64,000 nucleotides of DNA, from the NCBI GenBank assembly GCA_951406725.2, contig OX597826.1, forward strand, positions 67,952,001-68,016,000. Reading direction: 5' to 3'. Shown here in pieces: positions 55,991 to 64,000 of this stretch; within the stretch, counting starts at the first letter, position 1, and each line of letters begins with the position of its first letter. Source of the stretch: Octopus vulgaris (taxonomy: Eukaryota). The notes beneath the pieces were generated by a model. It saw only the letters and a list, made by a program, of their open reading frames with translations, was not told the origin of the DNA and searched no databases. A program made the position numbers and the translations under genes.

Positions 55991-56708
55991 GCGACTGGGA
56001 TTGTAGTACAAACAAGATGGATCAGCAAACTGCTATGTATGTGGCTGTAAGTGTCTGTTGCTTGTTTCCAGCCCTGAACAGCTGAAAATGGAAATTAAGG
56101 GCACAAAGACAGCGTTACAACAGGAAATGTTCATTAAAGAATACTAAAATCTAGAAAAGTGCCCGCAAATTCGCTTCCGACTCAATGCCCTGAGTGAAAG
56201 ACAGAAAACCAAGGAGATATTTCTGCTTGTAGCAATTCATCGTCGCTATAGAAATTAAGAAATGTATAAAGCTGTCGTCAAACGTAAAACTTAAACGCAT
56301 GAAAGTGGTAAAATAGAATTCAGTTGAAATGTCAGTCAACGATGAGGAAACACTTATGACGGGAATTCCCTAGTGTCTCTGATCATGAGCAAGATAAAGA
56401 AGGAATCAATGTAAGGGGCTTCTCTTTGCCTAAAACGTCTGACCTTGGGCAGGATTTGAAACCGTTAAAGGCAGCAGAATATGTAGAGTGTCGAAAAATG
56501 CATTGCTGTATTTGCTCCTGGTCTTCAGAAGTTCAAATCCCACCGAAGTCAGCTTCCCCACTTCAGGTAGGGAGCTGGCAGAGACATTAAAGTGTCGGAC
56601 AAAATAATTATTGGCATTTCTTCCGGCTATTAAAGTTCTGGGGTCAAAGTTCCCTGATGACATTTTTGTCTTTTATCCTTTCGTGCTCGATAAAATAATT
56701 ATCCGTTA

Positions 56709-56829
56709 GGCGCAGGAGTAGCTGTGTCGTAAGTAGTTTGGTTACCAACCACATGGTTCCGGGTTCAGTTCCACTGCGTGGCACTTTGGGCAAGTGACTT
56801 CTAGTGTAGAATACCGTCGTATATGTATG

Positions 56830-56910
<81 letters not shown>

Positions 56911-57097
56911 TTGTTCCCCACCATCACTTGGCAACTGAAGCTGGTGTGTTTACGTCCCTTTAAGCTAGCGGTTCGGCAAAAGAGACCGATAGAATGAGTA
57001 CTAGGCTCACAAAGAATAAGTCCTGGGGTCGATTTGGTCGACTAATGGCGGTGCTCCAGCATGGCCGCAGCCAAATGACTAAAACAAGTAAAAGAGT
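56709..57097 (+). mobile_element. SINE family A with internal (TA)n(TG)n
   Basis: Head GGCGCAGGAGTAGCTGTG, tail CAAATGACTAAAACAAGTAAAAGAG. Confidence 0.92.
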
Positions 57098-57229
57098 TTA
57101 TCAGGAGCGATGTAACTGGCTGTGTCCCTCCTCAGGAAATTCAGGCCTATTACTATTAACAGCACGGCTACTTGCCAGTAATTTTAACGCCTCGGTCAAG
57201 ATGCGCAACTGCATTCATTCAAGTTTACT

Positions 57230-57980
57230 GTCTGAGTTTAAATACTTCCGAGATCCCCTTTGTCTTTCGGAGTCGATTAAATAATACCAGTTACGCAGTG
57301 GGGTCGATGTAATCGTCTTAATCCCTGTGTCTATCCTTGTTTGTCCCCTCTATGTCTAGCCCCTTGTGGGCAATAAAGAAATAAGAAACGTTAGCACGCC
57401 GGGCGTAATGCGTAGCCGTATTTCGTCTGCCGCCACGTTATGAGTTCAAATTCCGCCGAGGTCGACTTTGCCTTTCATCCTTTCGGTGTCGCTTAAATAA
57501 GTACCAGTTACTGGGGTCGATATAATCGACTTAATCCATTTTTCTGGCCTTGTTTGTCCTCTCTCTGATTTTAGCCCCTTGTGGGTAGTAAAGAAATAGG
57601 TATTTCGTCTCCCGTTACATTCTGAGTTCAAATTCCGTCAAGGTCGACCTAGCCTTTCATCCTTTCGGCGTCGATTAAATAAGTACCATTTACGCACTGG
57701 GGTCGATATAATCGACTTAACCCCTTGTCTGTCCTTTTTGTCCCCTCTATATTTAGCCCCTTTTGGGGAATAAAGAAATATGAAACGTTAGCACGCCGGG
57801 CGGAAGGCTTAGCAGTATTTCGTCTGTCTTTACGTTCTGAGTTAAAATTCCGGCAATGTCGACTTTGCCTTTCATCCTTTTGGGGTCGTTAAATTAAGTA
57901 CCAGTTGCATACTAGGATCGATCTAATCGACTAGCCTACTCGCCCAAGATTTCGAGCCTTCTGCCTAGATTAGAAAAGAA
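57230..57980 (+). mobile_element. Tandem array of SINE B, about four units with two junction types
   Basis: Junctions AAAGAAATA.GAAACGTTAGCACG (about 57375 and 57772) and AAAGAAATAGGTATTTCGTCT (about 57590). Confidence 0.92.
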
Positions 57981-58704
57981 AAGAATGTTGTTACTGATAT
58001 TGTCACTGTTATTGTTTTTCTTGTTGGTGATGCGCTGTCACCCCATGTTTATGAGATTGTGATAATTACTTGATGGAAAAATAACGAAAGAAAGAAAGAA
58101 GAAAGAAATTACGTTTTGTTTTTCTAATTTCACCAGCAGAGAGTTTAGTAATATTTAAACGTCCATCTGTTCTCCTAAATTACCAGAAATGGAAAAGAAA
58201 GTTTGTCCTTTGACATTTTATTGTGTACATATATTTTAGCAAACATCAGTATTTCTGCTTATTAGTAGTTCGATATAACCACCACCGTAGTAGTAGTAGA
58301 AGTAGTAAGAGGAGGTGAATACAACCCTTACATATGTTTTCAGACTCAGAGATAAAGGAGGAAAGTAGAAGAAGAATAATGGTAATTAAACAGAGTTATA
58401 AACACAAGCAGTTACAATTTGTGTAGCTCAACAGAAAATAAAGTGGCGGAAACACAAATTACAATGACAATGAAAATTTTAATGACGATAACAAAAGCAC
58501 CACCAACAATACTTACACATCGTTTATTAGAATTTTCAGTAAAATTTGAGATAATTGACACAAGCGAGCCCCAGGCAAAAGAAAAATTTTGGAGGAGGTA
58601 AATAAGTAACTAAGATGAAAATTAAACAAAAAGAAGGGAAGGGGTTTGAAAAAAACAATTACTCCATATAAGATGAGGTTACCTACAAAAAGCGGTAGGG
58701 TATA

Positions 58705-59010
58705 CGGTGTGATGTCTTTTCGTCCGACCTCACTTCGGCAAAAGTGGTTTCGTCAACGTCCTTTTGTCCGGCGTTTTTTTTTGCCCGATGATTTTTTTTT
58801 TTTTTGGTCCAAGGACCAATCCTGTCGATAAAATACTCAATGATTATTTGCTTGTGATGTTCACCTTTTTTTCTAAAGGGTTTATTTAAAATTGGACAAA
58901 ATATCGTTGGACAAAAAGGAAAAAGAACCTCGGACAAAAAGACGTCGGATCAAAAAACATGGATGAAGTGATGTTGGTCAAAGTGATATCGGACGAAAAG
59001 CTGGGTCACG
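58705..59010. mobile_element. MITE-like non-autonomous DNA transposon with subterminal repeats of about 15 bp
   Basis: CTTTTCGTCCGACCTCACTT (58716-58735) versus the reverse complement of 58981-59000 (18/20); TTTTGTCC-type repeats on the left are mirrored by GGACAAAA repeats on the right. Confidence 0.8.
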
Positions 59011-59369
59011 AAGGCACACAAAATATCGACATGGCATATTTTATTAAAAAAAAAACATTGAAGGGCTTTGGAAAGTAGGCTCCTGTAAGTTTGAGTTTTT
59101 TCTTGTAAATGAACCGTTGTGAAACCATGGATAGATCAAAAGATTCACAGGTACAAACGCTCAGAGGGGCATCTGGTTCGAAATTATCATTTTCTCTCTC
59201 TCTCTCACATACACACACATATAGATACATGTGTGTGTGTGTGTGGTGTGTGTGTGTGGTGTGTGTGTGTGTGTGTGGTGTGTGTGTGTGTGTGTGGTGT
59301 GTGTGTGTGTGTGTGGTGTGTGTGTGTGTGTGTGTGTTCCTGAGTTCAGTCCCACTACGTGGCACATCG

Positions 59370-59716
59370 GGCAATGCATCACAGACAGCTCGATACATCA
59401 ATGAGGTGTTTGGTGAAGATGTGGCGAATGAGCCTGCCGTGCATTGATGGTCTGAGACGTTTCGGTCTGCTGACTTTACTCTTGAAAATCAGCCCCATGG
59501 GAAAGCTGAGACCCAGGTAAATAATGATGAGCTGGAGACTGTAGTGGAAGCGTATACATCTCAAACTACGTGTGATTAAGGTTTGATGTTTCGATTCCAA
59601 CTGTATTGGACCATCTGAAACAAATCGGCAAAGTAAAGAACCTGGACAACTGAGTACCACACGAACTGGCCAAATGACACGTCGTCTTGAAACTTGCTGT
59701 TCTTTGCTGCCACGGC
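59370..59716 (+). pseudogene. Decayed mariner transposase N-terminal (HTH) region
   Basis: NASQTARYINEVFGEDVANEPAVH*WSETFRSADFTLENQPHG..VNNDELETVVEA..FDVSIPTVLDHLKQIGKVKNLDN*VPHEL (WVPHEL linker motif). Confidence 0.92.
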
Positions 59717-60114
59717 AAAGTATATTTTCGACTTACACTATCCCACGAAATTATGTAAAATAGAGGAATTTATCTATAAATATAATATGTGACAATTAGT
59801 TGTTGTCATAATAAAACTCAGATTTTTTTTTCATCATAGCGTTTTGTCTTAATATCTGATGAGATGCAGGGGCAGGCTTCATATGCGTGTATATGTCTAT
59901 GTGTGCGAGTGTACCTTTGTGTCTGGGCTTGCCCCCACCATTCCCTGACAACTAGCGCTGGTGTGTATCTTTCGCTGTCGTAACGTATATAATGGGACCT
60001 TGCAGATAAAGGATGAAAGGTGATTATCTTCGAACCAGTTATATAATGGTTCTGAAAGTAGAGACTAGTTGACCACACGACCCAATAATTGACCCTAAAA
60101 AATCATTACAGTCG

Positions 60115-62465
60115 TTCTTCTTCTTCTTCTTCTTCTTCTTCTTCTTCTTCTTCTTCTTCTTCTTTTTCTTCTTCTTCTTCTTCTTCTCCTTCTTCTTTTT
60201 CTTCTATTTCGTTTTCTTCTTCTTCCTCCTCCTCCCCCTCCTCATTTTCCCCATTTCCTCTTTTTCTTCCTCCTCCACCTCCTTCCACACTACCGCCGAC
60301 GCCACCACCACCATCACCACGACCACAACCACCACCACAACAAGAACAACAACAACAACAACAACAACAACAACTACTGCAATTTCGCGCATGCACACAA
60401 CCGCTGCTGATTATTTTCACGTTGTCGGATGACGTCAGTGGAACGAAGAAGAGCGACTGGAAGAAATTGCAAAATGATGTTGATTGATGATGATGAGGAG
60501 GAGGAGGAGGAGGATGATGATGATGATTATGATGATTGTGATGAAAATGATGATTATGGTTGTGGTGATTATGGTGATGGGTACTGTCGTGATTTTCACC
60601 ACAGCCATGATGAGGGTGCGACGACAATGATGATGATGAATACGATGATGAAAGTGAAGCGGTGGAGGAGGAAGGGGAGGAGTGGGGAGGGCAGAAGCAT
60701 GATATGTTTTGGCGATGATCATGATTATGGAAGAATAAGATGGTGAAAGGAATCACGCTGGTTTTGTTCATGATAATTGTAAGACATGAATGATAATGCT
60801 TATTGAGCGGAAATGACGTTGGGTCATGATATTGATGCTGATGATGTTGATGATGTTGATGATATGACGATGATGATGATATGACGATGATGATGATGAT
60901 AGTGATGATGATGACGATGGTGATGATGATGATGATGATGATGAGGATGATGATGATGATGCTGATGAAGATGATGAAGATGATGATGATAGTCATGATG
61001 ATGAGGATCATGATTATGATGATATGTCGATGATGATGATGATGATGATGATGGTGATTGTGATGCTGATGATAATAATGATCATGGTGATGCTGCTGAC
61101 GATAATGCTGATGATGATGATATTGATGTTGATGGTGATGATGAGGATGATAATGATGATGATGCCGCTGTTGCTGCTGCTGCAGATGATGATAACGATG
61201 CTGCTGCTGCTGCTGTTGTTGATGATGATAGTGATCATGATGTTGGTGGTGATGATGATTATGCCGACGATGATGATGCTGATGCTAATAATAATGATGA
61301 TGATGAGGATAATGATCATGATGATGATGATGATTATGACGATGATAATATGAGAACAATGATGATACGATAACGTAGGATGACAACGGCGACGACGACG
61401 ATGACGACAACGATGACGACGACGATGATGATGTGGGTAAAGAGGGTGTTGAACATGATATCAAAGACGTAGGGTTCATGTTGGTGGGGTGGCGGTGCCA
61501 TGGGTAGCAATGATATTGTAGTTAATGTTGATGACGATGATGACGACGACGAAGATGGTAATGATAAGGATGAAGATGAAGATGACGACAATGATGATGA
61601 TGATGTGGGTAAAGAGGGTGTTGAACATGATATCAAAGACGTAGGGTTCATGTTGGTGGGGTGGCAGTGTCATGAGTAGCAATGTTATTGTAGTTAATGT
61701 TGATGACGATGATGACAACGACGAAGATGGTAATGATAAGGATGAAGATGAAGATGACGACAATGATGATGATGATGATGATGATGATGAGGAGGAGGAG
61801 GAGGAGGAGGATGTTTAACCCAATAGTGAGGATGTTGTTGGTGATGATGTTAATAATATTTTCTGGTATAGGCGCAAGGTTTGAAAGGTTGAGGGTGGCG
61901 GATATTCGATTACATCGACCCCCAGTGATCAAATGGTACTTACTTCATCGACTCCTGAACGGCGAATGGCAAAGTCGACCTCGGTGGAATTTGTTCTCAG
62001 AACGTGAAGACGAACGAAATGCCGCTAAGCATTTCGTCCGGCGTGCCGACAGTTCTGCCTGTTCGTCGCCTTATGATGACATTAACAATGCCATGGAACT
62101 GGTGGTGGTCTTAGTAGTGGCTGTGCAGATGCTGTTGATCATGTTGTTGACTAGGATGATGATGATGATGATGACGATGAGGATGTTGTTGATGATGATG
62201 GTGATTATGGTGATAAAGTAGATAGTGATGATGAAGATGATGCTGATTATGATGATAATATTGATGATGTTCATGATATTGACGATGATATCGATCATGA
62301 GGATGGCAGTGACGATGGTGACGATAATGATGTTCTTGACGTTGATGATGACGATGGTCATGATGATGAGGAGGAGGAAGACGGCGACGAATTGAAGTAC
62401 TAGTGGTAGCGCTGATAGTTTTAATCGTGTTGGCTAGGATGATGATGATGATGATGATGATGATA

Positions 62466-62518
<53 letters not shown>

Positions 62519-63100
62519 AATGATGATGATGATGATGACGATGCGGATGTTGCTGATGATGATGGTGATGATAGTGATAATGGTGATAAAGTAGATAGTG
62601 TACATGAAGATGATGCTGAGGTTGATGATGATGATGGTGATGATGATGTTGACGATGATGATGATCATGACGATGACAGTGACGATGATGAAGATAATGA
62701 TGTTGTTGACGTTGATGATGATGATGGTGATGAAGAAGGTGACGATGATGATGATGAGGATGGGGATGAGGAGGAGGAGGTGGAGGAGTTGAAGGTACCA
62801 GTAGTAGCGCTGATCATTTTCATCGTGGTGATAGTGGTGGTGGAGCTGCTTCTGATGGTGTACTGGTGGTGGTGTTAATGATGTCTACTTTAATGTGATG
62901 TCGGCGACGAGAATGATGACAAAAAAGACGATGATGACAAAGAACAGTTATTGAGCGGTAGTAATCGTGGTGGTATTGGTGGTGGTAGCTCTTGGAAATG
63001 ATAACAAGTGGTGGTGTTGGTGGTGGTTTTGCTGGTGCTGGTGGTGTTGTTGTTGGCGGTGGTAGTGGTGGTGGTGGTGGTGGTGGTGGTGGCAGTGATT
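60115..63100. repeat. About 3-kb degenerate trinucleotide field ((TTC)n, (CAA)n, mostly (GAT)n, (GGT)n) with a SINE B (-) at 61860-62072
   Basis: Direct inspection. Confidence 0.95.
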
Positions 63101-63561
63101 GTGGAAGTATTGACTGATATAGATGACATTCAAGTTTTAAAAAAAAACAATGATTAACAGTTGGAGGCGGAGTAGAAGGAAGCATAGGAACGGAGGGAAA
63201 GGAGGAGGTTTGTGAGAGAAGAAAAACAACAACAACAACAACAAAAAAGAAAAACAGAGCAACAAAAAAAAAAAGAAAGAAATAAAGAGGAAAGGAAAAG
63301 AAAGAAGTAATGAAAGACAGGGTGGTGGTGGTGGTAGGATGGAGAATAAAATAAATCTGTTAATTTAAAAGATCAATTGATTAATTAACTATTCCTTGTT
63401 AATCTACGGCAAAGAACAAAGAACTCATTTAGCATTTTCTTTGATGTTGCAGAATTATCCTCAGTGTTTTGAAGTTTCTTATACAAATCTATCTATCTAT
63501 CTACCTATCTATCCATCCATCTGTTTATCGCTCTATTTCACTATATATCTCACATTATTTA

Positions 63562-63593
<32 letters not shown>

Positions 63594-63657
63594 ACTCTCT
63601 CTTATTCTGCATATATATACATATATATATATATATTCATATGTGTGGATATATTTG

Positions 63658-63721
<64 letters not shown>

Positions 63722-63825
63722 CATATGTATATATGTGTAACACATATATACATATATATAAACATATATTCTCACAGATATGTGTAAATATATAACTATG
63801 CATATATATATATATATGTATGTAA

Positions 63826-63885
<60 letters not shown>

Positions 63886-64000
63886 TGTCAGCTATTCGTC
63901 TTCGGGTATTGCTCTGATAGTTGGCGTTTCTATCCTTGATTGGAATAATTGGCACCAGCTGTCATAGCTCTCACAGTGATAATAACAATAATGATGATGA

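Overview
AT-rich, microsatellite-saturated eukaryotic DNA. The repeat content (tRNA-headed SINEs, Dong/R4 LINE ends, very long (TA)n/(TATG)n/(GAT)n tracts) points to an octopus or other coleoid cephalopod; this is inferred, not confirmed. Nearly all ORFs in the supplied track are translated microsatellites. Identifiable content: about 40 copies of four SINE-like families, several in head-to-tail arrays; five Dong/R4-type RLE LINE 3' fragments, three lying in or ending at long (TAA)n; decayed maT (DD37D), Tc1 and mariner transposases; a MITE; an RTE-like non-autonomous element with a possible HDV-like ribozyme; short Penelope-like elements with minimal hammerhead motifs; and several foldbacks. 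One plausible host gene on the + strand has two phase-compatible exons (23395-23554, 26600-26777) encoding an unrecognised cysteine-rich, internally repeated peptide, plus candidate microexons. Coordinates were read by eye; repeat ends may be off by tens of bases.
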